Below, one piece after another: positions 36,055 through 44,227 of a stretch of DNA of 44,227 bases (the stretch's first letter is position 1; each line of letters opens with the position of its first letter). The notes under the pieces are model-generated. The model was not told the origin of the DNA and ran no database searches. It saw only the letters and a program-made list of their open reading frames with translations. The position numbers and the translations under genes are program-made. The stretch is taken from NCBI GenBank assembly GCA_016866375.1, contig VGMK01000001.1, positions 1-44,227 on the forward strand, written 5' to 3'. The stretch is from Bacteroidota bacterium. GTDB taxonomy: Bacteria; Bacteroidota; Bacteroidia; Flavobacteriales_D; Crocinitomicaceae.

Positions 36055-37583
36055 CCCTCACAACCCCACCCAACCTCCCACCACGCCTCCTGCATAGAAT
36101 CGAGGCGGTTCAGAAAGAAGATGACGCATACGCTGCGGATGAACTCGTTGAATTAGGTGAAGAAATTCTGTCCCAATTGGCTGCGTTGGGAATTGCTGTT
36201 TATTTGCAACAAGGGAAGCAGAAAGAAGTGTTTAACGACTTTTTGATTTCGTTGTTTTTGTCGAATGGGCATGCCTATAATGCAGGACCGCTGTATCGCT
36301 GGGCGGCAAATATGATCAAAGAAGCAGAAAGCACAGATGCAGAATTATTGAAGCCCTTTTTCTGGCAAGAGAAGGACGGAAAAAAAGTGTTGAACGAGGC
36401 CATTCATCATTTGGCGAGTTTGCGCAATGCGGTGATGCACGGTTTTTTTGTTTTGCCTCCTGAAAGAAATAGAGAAGAGACGCAAAAGATGACAGCGATT
36501 TTGGAGCAAATGAACAAAGCTGGTTTGTTTGAAAAGCAATTTGGAACGTTTCATTTTGTGGATTCGAATGGATTCAATGGGCATTGGAATATAATTGATT
36601 CCAAAGCGTGGACAAATTTCTCCGAATGTTTTTCCTTTGGGGAATTAGCTCAGCGGGTTTCACATGAATACTCAGAGAATTTCCGATTAGAAGAACGAGC
36701 ATTTGCCACGGAGAAAACAACTTCACACGCAGATGTCCAACAAGCTACCTATGAATTGCTCGAAAAAGGCAAAGGGGCATTGGTGTGTTGGTACAGTCCG
36801 GGTTCCAAAGGTGGAAAAGAAGCTTATCGTTCAATGGTTCAGTCGGTATCCAACGAAACTTATCTGCCTATTTACTATGCCTTGCATGAGCGTGGAGCCA
36901 CTTTTACCACCGCATTTTTTACTAAGGAACTCGGAAATGCGCTCTTTGAGCTTACACAGAAAGAAAATGCGCGAAAAGAACCGATCAAATTTCTTAAAAA
37001 CAGAGACAACTCCAAATTTGTAACGAAGAAACCTGTATTGATTTTGCATGATATTCACGTAGCTTTATTCAACGACAATCACTTGACATTGTTTTTTAAT
37101 GAACTATTTGATGCAGGTATACCCGTCTTATGCACCGCATGGCCGTATCCTTACCTTCGCAGATTTTTCAACCAAGAAGTATATGTGGATGAACAACCGA
37201 AACAAATTACAATTGAAATTATCGAATACTCGTTGAACAATTACTTGCGCTTCAAAGGGCCGAGCAAAGAACAAAACGACCAAGTTGCGGAATACCAAAA
37301 AGTAAAGGATATCGTGTTTGCAATACATCAACAATTGGAAAACGGTGAATCCTTAGTTGCACGACGCTTTGCAGATCAATACACTTACCCGATTGAATTT
37401 GTGCACGAGGCTTTCAGTATTTTGAGTCCCTTCTACAGGCTTGATAAAGAAAAATTTAAAGAGGATGAGGTGGATGAGTTGTATGGATTCCCAAAAACCA
37501 TCGAAGAAAGTTCACGAATTTTCTTAACTTTAGGTCGACGTGATGTGAAACTGGAATATCAGCATAGAGTGTTGTCGAAATAA
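36051..37583 (+). CDS. HEPN-like (RNxxxH) N-terminal domain plus a degenerate P-loop NTPase-like domain
   Basis: LASLRNAVMHG (R125-H130, nt 36423-36440) fits the Rx4H HEPN motif. WYSPGSKGGKEAY is a degenerate Walker A. PVLILHDIHV is Walker-B-like. Same layout as the 38084 gene. Confidence 0.5.
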   Translation: MTLTTPPNLPPRLLHRIEAVQKEDDAYAADELVELGEEILSQLAALGIAVYLQQGKQKEVFNDFLISLFLSNGHAYNAGPLYRWAANMIKEAESTDAELLKPFFWQEKDGKKVLNEAIHHLASLRNAVMHGFFVLPPERNREETQKMTAILEQMNKAGLFEKQFGTFHFVDSNGFNGHWNIIDSKAWTNFSECFSFGELAQRVSHEYSENFRLEERAFATEKTTSHADVQQATYELLEKGKGALVCWYSPGSKGGKEAYRSMVQSVSNETYLPIYYALHERGATFTTAFFTKELGNALFELTQKENARKEPIKFLKNRDNSKFVTKKPVLILHDIHVALFNDNHLTLFFNELFDAGIPVLCTAWPYPYLRRFFNQEVYVDEQPKQITIEIIEYSLNNYLRFKGPSKEQNDQVAEYQKVKDIVFAIHQQLENGESLVARRFADQYTYPIEFVHEAFSILSPFYRLDKEKFKEDEVDELYGFPKTIEESSRIFLTLGRRDVKLEYQHRVLSK

Positions 37584-37597
37584 TAATAATTTAAAAA

Positions 37598-38053
37598 ATG
37601 GATTTAAAACTAAAATTTGGTGAAAACTATATTCTACTTGCTGGATTAAGGCAGTTTATTGAGCACGGAGTAATACTTTCCTCGGTTAATTTTTGGAGAG
37701 ATAGCTTTCAGAATTTTCAGGAGTTAAGAGCAGTTGATAAACGTTCAGAAATACTGAAAACGAATAATGCTTTTTATGAAGATGAGTTTCTCGTTTCCTT
37801 TGTCAATGAAGAATTTCCGGTATTTGAAGATCAAATTCCGGATGACGTAATCCCAACAGTTTTGAAATTAATTGAGCACGAGGAAGGACCCAAAACCGCA
37901 AGTTTGACCAAAGAATTTCTATTGCAATACGCAGTTTTTATTGCGAAATCTTCAAAGGAAGATTATTTAGCATTTGTAGGAATCAAGGATTCGATAAGTG
38001 ATGAAGAGCAAGTATTTATAGAGAAAATAAAACATTTGTTCGATGAACATTAA
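37598..38053 (+). CDS. Small acidic hypothetical protein
   Basis: 151-aa ORF in the operon. No motif recognised. Confidence 0.5.
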   Translation: MDLKLKFGENYILLAGLRQFIEHGVILSSVNFWRDSFQNFQELRAVDKRSEILKTNNAFYEDEFLVSFVNEEFPVFEDQIPDDVIPTVLKLIEHEEGPKTASLTKEFLLQYAVFIAKSSKEDYLAFVGIKDSISDEEQVFIEKIKHLFDEH

Positions 38054-38083
38054 GAAACGGCGGTGTTTTTTCGATAAATAATT

Positions 38084-39571
38084 ATGAACCCAATCCAACA
38101 CTACCATAAACGCTACGAAGAAATAAAGCTAGAGAAAAAGGTTTCTTCAGATATTGACGTGTTAGCAGACCTCATTGAGAACGATAACGCTGGCTTGAAT
38201 AATTTCTTCATGGCTGCTTTTGGAATGAGCACCTTGATCTTACGCATGGGAGCGGTCATACAAATGTGCCGAAAATTTGAACTTTTGGATGAATACGGAG
38301 ATGCTCTTTTTACAAAACAAGTGTTGGATAACCTCCGCGAAACCTTGCCCTCCGATACCAGTTGGAAGAATGTTTGGAATATCAGTGCTGTGGATGATGC
38401 TTGGAAAAGTCCAACGCTTCAAGCAAAAGGCGGTCAGTCGCTCTTAGATCGGTTTGTGACATTTAGAAATAAGTTCGTACATCAAACTATTCAGTTGACT
38501 CAAAATAGTCTGCCGCAGTTAAGCAACGGAGTAACAATGTTTGAGGAACTTACAAACCTCATTTCGCTTTTTGAAAATGGGAATTTAGAACTAATCGAGG
38601 GAAAATACCATTGGGTAGAAAATAATAAATCCATATGTATGTATCCTTATGTTCAAGTTGGAATGGAAAAAGATCATCCCTACATTTTTCAGGGTTTGCA
38701 TAAGTCAAAAGAAAAAGTTGCCATTCTCAACTTAATCGCAGGAAATGAGGAAGCGCAAGAGGCTCAGATATTAGAACAAGTTTTTGAACCGATGCGCTCT
38801 TCCTTACAAGGTGGCGCCGGACAAGTATTCGATCACAGCGAACGCATTGCCTATTACCAATCTTGTTTTGTTGGTCGTGATCGAGAGAAAAATGCCATTC
38901 TAGATTTCTGTGCGCATAATGACAATCAGAACATACTCTGTGTAAAGTCTCCAGCAGGAATGGGCAAAGGAGCGTTAATTGCCGACGTGATTCAACAATT
39001 AAAAGAGAATAAAACGCAAGTGCTCTATCATTTTTGTGGTGCCGGAATGCAAAACAGTCTTCATGCTGCATTGTACCATTTTATTTTGCAGGGCACAAGA
39101 ACAGCTTACTGGGATCGCTCAGATGAAACCATTGACCGTAAATTGAATCGTTTGCCATCAAAACTTATCGATGTAATCCATTTGTTTCAGTCCTTGTTGA
39201 GTGAACACTTGAATATCCAAAAAAACAACACCACAGGAAATTTAGTCATCATCATTGACGGCCTCGACGAAGCCCAAGTTGCCTATTCACAACTCAAAAT
39301 ATCGGATTGGTTTTATTCCTACAACGAAAAAGAAGAACCGGAAGAAGATTGGCGAAGCGCATCAAACATCCGCTGGGTTTTTACCTATCGTTGCGATGAC
39401 GATGGAAAAGAATCCTTTTATCAATTTCCCAAGATGAAAGAATGTGTTCACATCGACATGCTACAGCCCCTTCAAGGACTTTCCCCAGCAGCAGTTGATG
39501 AAGCATTTAAGGATTTCAAGGTGTCTGATGATTTTAAGAAAACAGTGATTGAGAAGGCGGAGATAGTATAA
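38084..39571 (+). CDS. HEPN-like (RNxxxH) N-terminal domain plus a STAND-type P-loop NTPase core lacking the winged-helix and sensor regions
   Basis: FVTFRNKFVHQ (R128-H133, nt 38465-38482). FVGRDREKNAILDF...ILCVKSPAGMGKGALIADV is Walker A with Gly in the usual Ser/Thr position. NLVIIIDGLDEA is Walker B. RWVFTYR is a sensor-1-like strand. LQPLQGLSPAAVDEAF follows, and the protein ends at ...TVIEKAEIV. Confidence 0.7.
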   Translation: MNPIQHYHKRYEEIKLEKKVSSDIDVLADLIENDNAGLNNFFMAAFGMSTLILRMGAVIQMCRKFELLDEYGDALFTKQVLDNLRETLPSDTSWKNVWNISAVDDAWKSPTLQAKGGQSLLDRFVTFRNKFVHQTIQLTQNSLPQLSNGVTMFEELTNLISLFENGNLELIEGKYHWVENNKSICMYPYVQVGMEKDHPYIFQGLHKSKEKVAILNLIAGNEEAQEAQILEQVFEPMRSSLQGGAGQVFDHSERIAYYQSCFVGRDREKNAILDFCAHNDNQNILCVKSPAGMGKGALIADVIQQLKENKTQVLYHFCGAGMQNSLHAALYHFILQGTRTAYWDRSDETIDRKLNRLPSKLIDVIHLFQSLLSEHLNIQKNNTTGNLVIIIDGLDEAQVAYSQLKISDWFYSYNEKEEPEEDWRSASNIRWVFTYRCDDDGKESFYQFPKMKECVHIDMLQPLQGLSPAAVDEAFKDFKVSDDFKKTVIEKAEIV

Positions 39572-39589
39572 TTAAACTAATTTTACACC

Positions 39590-40138
39590 ATGAAAATTAT
39601 TAAAAAATTTGATCAATATATTAACTTGTCCAGTTTTCAAACGATTGAATTCTCAGACGGCATGTTAATTTTTACAGCTGAATTCTATGGTTCATATGAA
39701 ATACCTCAACAAGATATTTTATCATCAAACCCCTCTTTATCATTAGGAAAAGAACTATCGTTGATTATAAAAAAATCTCATTTTAACGAATTAAAAAATC
39801 AATTTGATAAATTTCTTTTAAGTGAAGAATGTCTCTTTGACATCTCAAAATATATTGAAGTAATCAATTTAGAAGAGGTAAACACTGACTTTTTAGATAC
39901 AAGCTCACTCGACCCTATGTTCGTAGATATAGCCAGAATTGTTGTTATTAATCAAGAAGCTTCAGCCAGTATGCTTCAACGGAAATTAAGTCTCGGATAC
40001 AATAGAGCAGGTCGAGTCGTTGACCAATTAGAAGAGGCGAATATTATTGGCCCTTTTGAAGGAAGTACTCCTAGAAAAATACACTTTCAAGATATTGAAG
40101 ATTTAGATTCGCATTTAAGGTCATTAGGTCTGATTTAA
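39590..40138 (+). CDS. Stand-alone FtsK-gamma (winged-helix) domain protein
   Basis: C-terminus DPMFVDIARIVVINQEASASMLQRKLSLGYNRAGRVVDQLEEANIIGPFEGSTPRKI matches the FtsK/SpoIIIE gamma domain (S.S.LQR...IGYNRA.R..D.LE..GI.GP..GS..R). Confidence 0.8.
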   Translation: MKIIKKFDQYINLSSFQTIEFSDGMLIFTAEFYGSYEIPQQDILSSNPSLSLGKELSLIIKKSHFNELKNQFDKFLLSEECLFDISKYIEVINLEEVNTDFLDTSSLDPMFVDIARIVVINQEASASMLQRKLSLGYNRAGRVVDQLEEANIIGPFEGSTPRKIHFQDIEDLDSHLRSLGLI

Positions 40139-40154
40139 ACTTTTAAAACATTCA

Positions 40155-40955
40155 TCACCAACTTACCTGCAACTGAAAGTTCAAGCTGTAATAATAAGTG
40201 TCCACAGGTAAGGCTCTGTAGAAATCTAAGTTGTGCTCGTAATTACAGTTAATAGACAAGTGTTTGTTTATTTTAAAAAATATACTGGCATTCATGGCCC
40301 AGCGTGGATCAAGAAAATGACTGAAGCTGTCATTTAGTGGAAATTGAATGAAATTACTTGTAGCAAAATCAATATTATCGGTGATTTTTAACGCCATTTT
40401 CACGGCATTGTTCCATCGAATCAAATTGCGTGATACGCTAGTGACAGAGCTATCAAAGTCAAAGGAAGAAAGTGCTGGGTTCCACAATTCGTGCTCAAAA
40501 AATGCCCCAGAGGCCAAATACAAATCACTTTCCTTATTTTCCCAAAACTTAAAACGCGCATTGACACCAGCCAAGGTTCTGTTCTGCATGCCTAAAATCC
40601 CGTTCCATTGCAATTGTGCATAGTAATCCGGTGAAACCCGTTTTTTATCGTTATCGCGAAGGCGTAACATGAAGTATCCGTTATTTTCCAAAAATGACGA
40701 CCCATTGGTCTGTAAAGCGGTATTTCCGAGTAAAATAAGCACTTGATTGTTTTTAAAAAACACATCCAATTCTTCTGCGCTTTCAATCTCCAGAATATTA
40801 TTCTTTTGTTTGTCCAATGCCACCCCTGAAGTCCAAGTAAAGGCAACTTTTTTCTGAATAGAATCTTGACCATTTTCCCTGTCTACGGAAAGAACTTGTG
40901 CACTCAAAGGAGCAATGAAAAACAAACTAAAGATGAGACTAATCGTACTTTTCAT
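40155..40955 (-). CDS. Putative outer-membrane beta-barrel protein (DUF481-like?)
   Basis: Start trimmed to MKSTISLIFSLFFIAPLSAQ (signal peptide). Alternating amphipathic strands. C-terminal ...FQLQVSW aromatic terminus. Confidence 0.5.
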   Translation of the reverse strand: MKSTISLIFSLFFIAPLSAQVLSVDRENGQDSIQKKVAFTWTSGVALDKQKNNILEIESAEELDVFFKNNQVLILLGNTALQTNGSSFLENNGYFMLRLRDNDKKRVSPDYYAQLQWNGILGMQNRTLAGVNARFKFWENKESDLYLASGAFFEHELWNPALSSFDFDSSVTSVSRNLIRWNNAVKMALKITDNIDFATSNFIQFPLNDSFSHFLDPRWAMNASIFFKINKHLSINCNYEHNLDFYRALPVDTYYYSLNFQLQVSW

Positions 40956-41487
40956 AGTAGATAAATGCGTGTTCATTCCAAAATTTGGTTGATTTGGTAA
41001 ATTCTTCCTCGGAAAGAGTGTGGGAAGGCAATGGTGGCGCCAAGCATCCCGGAAAACAGGTGATAACCTTCTGATCCTCTGCAATCAAGATCACATTTCG
41101 CGTGTAAATATTTGAATCGCTAGAAAATGTCCAAACTAGTATTCCTCCTCTTTCTCTTTTGACAATTTGTTTTTGTTGATCTTCTGAAAGTAAATCTATC
41201 CTAATAACCGCATCTGTGCCTACAGGTTCAGAAAATGTAAAATGATAAGCTATGCGGTTTTCACGTTGCGGAATAATTTCTTGAGGAGTGAGTGTATTTA
41301 GATGGGAAATTAAGGAAAAAGGTCCCTTGCTAAAACCAGGAAGAAACTTTGAGCCTAATTCCATCAAACGTTGTGAGATAACACGCGAAGCGGAAAAATT
41401 CTCTAACCTCTCCCTTTCAGATTCCTCTATAAATGTAAAGTGCTTGCATAAATAAAGTGCATTTTCATATCCAATTTCAAATGTCAT
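40939..41487 (-). CDS. Hypothetical protein
   Basis: 182-aa ORF, ATGA-coupled to the upstream 435-aa gene. No motif recognised. Confidence 0.5.
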   Translation of the reverse strand: MTFEIGYENALYLCKHFTFIEESERERLENFSASRVISQRLMELGSKFLPGFSKGPFSLISHLNTLTPQEIIPQRENRIAYHFTFSEPVGTDAVIRIDLLSEDQQKQIVKRERGGILVWTFSSDSNIYTRNVILIAEDQKVITCFPGCLAPPLPSHTLSEEEFTKSTKFWNEHAFIYYEKYD

Positions 41488-42791
41488 TTTCGCTTTAGTT
41501 TACGCATAAGTTGCTTTTTCTTCTCCGGAAATAAGTAAGATAATACCGGAATTGAAACAATGATAACCAGAAGAACTACCAAAGTGTAGAACGGTGCCAT
41601 TTCGAATTCAAAGGATTCACGTGCGCTCTCAAGAAGTTCTATGGCCGGTTCAACACTACCAATAGAAGTAAACAAACCTACAATACCTAAAAGTGTATTC
41701 ATTCTATTTTGTTGATCCTCCTGAATACTTTGGGATATTCTATTGATTCGTTCTTCAAATTTCACTAATTCTTCCTCTACAAGCATGGATTTACGGTGCT
41801 TTTCGAAAATTAAATTCGGCAGAAAATTATAGGAAATAGTACTTATGTTGTAGTTATTTAAAAAACGTTCAAATTCATTTCGGGTCTTTACAGAATCTAA
41901 GCTCATGGCACTGTTGTATCGGTAAAGATTATACTTGATAAATAAATTGAACAAATAAATTCTAAAATAGGTTTGATTAAACCTCAACAAGTCGAATTCA
42001 TTATTAAGTAAGCTTTGTCCAACAGTTGTGAAGGTATCAAATAATGGTAACATTGAATAATTATTAAAGGCTGAAATTTTACCTTCCAATAATAAGTTAA
42101 AATAGCTATCACTTGGTGAAAAATATTTATTTCCATTTGCCGAACCTATTTGAGCCACTGATCCGATGTCGTAGAGTAACTCATCTATTACTTGTTGACT
42201 TATTAATTCATTTGGCTCCAAATCCACTACAGTATATAATTTGAATTTAGATCCAGAATACTCATCTACAGGAATGCTTTTTTCATTCCAATTTGAATAA
42301 ATTTTAATTCCGTTTATTACTTCATTTTCAACCCACTTAACCCATTCCTTTTCCTTATAATCTTCAAGTTCAGCATTGAAATCTCGAGTGAAGAATGTAA
42401 GATCAGAAATATCCACTAAACTCAATTCAGTTGTATCAAAGGAAATACTGAAAAAATGCAAGCCATTTGGAAAAAGATAAACTTCTTTACTGTTGATGGT
42501 GGCCTGTGTTTTTTTTACAATCTCTTTTTCTTGATTTCTGCGTAAGAAAGTAACTATTTCATTACAGTCATTCACTAAAATTCGGGCCGCGGTCTCTTTG
42601 TTCTCTTTTCGAAAAAAAATATCTCTAAATTCAGGGTACCAATAATTCTTATGAAACTGCTGATTATCAATGATTTCATCTTTATATCCAGCATCTTTTA
42701 ATTTTCGCTCAGTCGCTCCAATTCCATCAGATTCAAAAATTCCTGTGATGCGTATGATAGATTTATTGACTTTTAGCGTTTCTTTTTCCAT
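41484..42791 (-). CDS. Hypothetical protein with a C-terminal two-helix membrane anchor
   Basis: A large soluble N-domain followed by LLGIVGLFTSIG... and FYTLVVLLVIIVSIPVLSYLF. The topology is CorA-like, but no GMN motif is present. Confidence 0.5.
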   Translation of the reverse strand: MEKETLKVNKSIIRITGIFESDGIGATERKLKDAGYKDEIIDNQQFHKNYWYPEFRDIFFRKENKETAARILVNDCNEIVTFLRRNQEKEIVKKTQATINSKEVYLFPNGLHFFSISFDTTELSLVDISDLTFFTRDFNAELEDYKEKEWVKWVENEVINGIKIYSNWNEKSIPVDEYSGSKFKLYTVVDLEPNELISQQVIDELLYDIGSVAQIGSANGNKYFSPSDSYFNLLLEGKISAFNNYSMLPLFDTFTTVGQSLLNNEFDLLRFNQTYFRIYLFNLFIKYNLYRYNSAMSLDSVKTRNEFERFLNNYNISTISYNFLPNLIFEKHRKSMLVEEELVKFEERINRISQSIQEDQQNRMNTLLGIVGLFTSIGSVEPAIELLESARESFEFEMAPFYTLVVLLVIIVSIPVLSYLFPEKKKQLMRKLKRK

Positions 42792-42925
42792 GACAGCAAT
42801 TTTGCGCTATAAATATATAAAAATGAATCCTCTTAAACTTCAATTCTTAAAGAAAGTAAATAATTCAACCTTTTATTTGCTTATCTGAAAATATTTTTAT
42901 ATACTTAAATTCATCACACACATTT

Positions 42926-43408
42926 ATGGAAAAAATCACTTCGGTGGAACGGTATGTTTATCATGTCAGCCACCCAAAAAATCGTTTGTCTATTTTAAAA
43001 AATGGGCTCAGAGGAAATGCAAATCATCCTTTTAATGTCAAGGGAGCTGTATTTGCACATAATGACATTGAACCCTCTATTGAATGGTATCCAATGAACT
43101 TGGACTGTATTCTCATGCCTATGGAGCAGTATATCCAAGTATTGGAAGCTTATGATTACTGGCGTATTGACACCTTCGCCTTGGGGGCCGATTGGTTTCA
43201 CGATGAAATTATGACGGAAGAAACTTGGCCGTCCATCCGTCCAACACATAAGCTATATGTCTACACTGCTACAAATATCCCCTTGGAATACCTTACCCTG
43301 TGCAAGGTTCAAGAGGAGCGAGTGTGTCTGCAACAGGCAGTTGAAGGTGTGGTAACTGTTTCATTTAAACCAGCTTTTCGACCTTATGATATTAATCGTT
43401 ATCTCTAA
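42926..43408 (+). CDS. Hypothetical protein
   Basis: 160-aa ORF. No motif recognised. Confidence 0.5.
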   Translation: MEKITSVERYVYHVSHPKNRLSILKNGLRGNANHPFNVKGAVFAHNDIEPSIEWYPMNLDCILMPMEQYIQVLEAYDYWRIDTFALGADWFHDEIMTEETWPSIRPTHKLYVYTATNIPLEYLTLCKVQEERVCLQQAVEGVVTVSFKPAFRPYDINRYL

Positions 43409-43430
43409 TATAAACTAAATTCTTAAACAC

Positions 43431-43901
43431 ATGGAAAAAGTAACTATTTCGCGAATTTCTGAAAAAGAACAACAAGAAAACTCTTTATTATTGATGGAAT
43501 TTTTTCATGCATTTTCATCAGGTGTTTTATATAAACTAGAACAACTTCTTCACGACGATGGCGTATTTTTCGGGAAATTCAATAAACAAAAAACCATAAG
43601 TATTTTGTACAAGTTGTTGCACGATGAAAAAAGACTCGTACATGCCCATTTTTCATACCAAAACCAAGGATTTTCAACCGACCTTCGCATGGGTGAGCCC
43701 GTACTTGAAATGCGCTTTATTCCAGAATACCCATTCGACGACGACAACTACGAAAGGTCCAATTTTGGCGAAGCCCCCAACCTTCCCTTCAACGAAACAG
43801 TAATACGCATGGCTATAGGATTCAAAGACAGGCAAATTTACAGTATCCGTTACCCCAAAAAAGTGAAAGCCTGTCTGAAAGAAGTGATGGAGCGAAATTG
43901 A
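43431..43901 (+). CDS. Hypothetical protein
   Basis: 156-aa ORF. Preferred over the overlapping antisense ORF 43674-44027. Confidence 0.45.
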   Translation: MEKVTISRISEKEQQENSLLLMEFFHAFSSGVLYKLEQLLHDDGVFFGKFNKQKTISILYKLLHDEKRLVHAHFSYQNQGFSTDLRMGEPVLEMRFIPEYPFDDDNYERSNFGEAPNLPFNETVIRMAIGFKDRQIYSIRYPKKVKACLKEVMERN

Positions 43902-44116
43902 AGAAGCTTTATATCCCTTCTTTAAGTATTCAATCGTTTTTGCAAATTTGGGTTTAGAAAGAAAAGTTATGAGATCCTCTTTTGAACCGTGAACCCTTCC
44001 TTTATAAACACCATGTTTGAGAGCCACCGATTTTAAAACTTCAAAGTTGTATTTGAAATTCGCTCAATATCTTCCCTCAACATGTTCGATATTTCAGATC
44101 TTCCGCCAACAAAACT

Positions 44117-44166
44117 AACCCCTGAAATTATTGATTATCAAAGATTTAGGGGTTTTTTATTTTTTC
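44117..44166 (+). terminator. Rho-independent terminator-like hairpin with a T-tract
   Basis: CCCCTGAA (44119-44126) pairs with TTTAGGGG (44145-44152, one G-T pair), followed by TTTTTTATTTTTT. Confidence 0.5.
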
Positions 44167-44227
44167 TTGCAACAAGTTTGCTACAATTGTTACATTAACC
44201 TACAAAAATTAGACAAAATCTCTTTTC

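Noticed and set aside
40956-41084. N-terminal extension MQRIRRLSPVFRDAWRHH... of the outer-membrane protein ORF.
   Set aside because: It overlaps the upstream gene's coding region. The internal Met at 40955 begins a canonical signal peptide ending in SAQ.
43674-44027. 117-aa minus-strand ORF overlapping the 3' half of the 43431-43901 gene.
   Set aside because: Most of it is antisense to a plus-strand ORF with more ordinary composition. Only the ~40 N-terminal codons (43902-44027) are unique and they carry no recognisable motif. A short independent gene there cannot be excluded.

Overview
AT-rich, Bacteroidota-like DNA. Support for that origin: TAnnTTTG-type -7 boxes, almost no Shine-Dalgarno sequences, FISUMP domains, and many ATGA/TAATG-coupled genes. 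Nearly the whole window looks accessory. No rRNA, CRISPR array, transposase or phage structural genes were seen.

In order:
1. tRNA-Gln(UUG) at 54-129. A large serine recombinase gene on the minus strand reads into its 3' half, which looks like a genomic-island junction. A MerR-like HTH gene and small genes follow.
2. A six-gene, translationally coupled operon at 3848-10439: XRE/C-protein-like HTH, C5-cytosine methyltransferase, DpnII-like candidate endonuclease, ParB-like protein, SNF2 helicase, DUF3883 nuclease-like protein.
3. A small gene frameshifted at an A8 tract.
4. A nuclease-rich stretch: a DnaQ-type exonuclease fused to two FISUMP domains, a Trp-rich repeat protein, and exonuclease I (sbcB).
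5. A seven-gene membrane/envelope operon at 19119-25450: DUF1737-like, DUF4407, a DUF4407-like paralog, an OmpA/MotB-like peptidoglycan binder, a polytopic protein with a transglutaminase-like C-terminus, and a DUF350-like protein.
6. An acyl-CoA thioesterase, probably housekeeping.
7. The most striking locus: a 13-kb, eight-gene plus-strand operon at 26953-40138.

In that operon, three consecutive genes share a nearly identical ~122-153-aa N-terminal module that looks like the post-P-loop helical/winged-helix part of a STAND NTPase. Each has a completely different C-terminal arm. One arm is a 2.2-kb array of about 21 tandem 33/40-aa repeats with a hypervariable 4-residue patch. These are followed by a UDG-superfamily protein and two paralogs carrying an N-terminal RNxxxH (HEPN-like) motif plus a P-loop NTPase core that stops where the shared module begins. 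A stand-alone FtsK-gamma protein closes the operon.

I read this as a candidate split, multi-sensor STAND/Avs-like conflict system. That is inference from motifs. No searches could be run.
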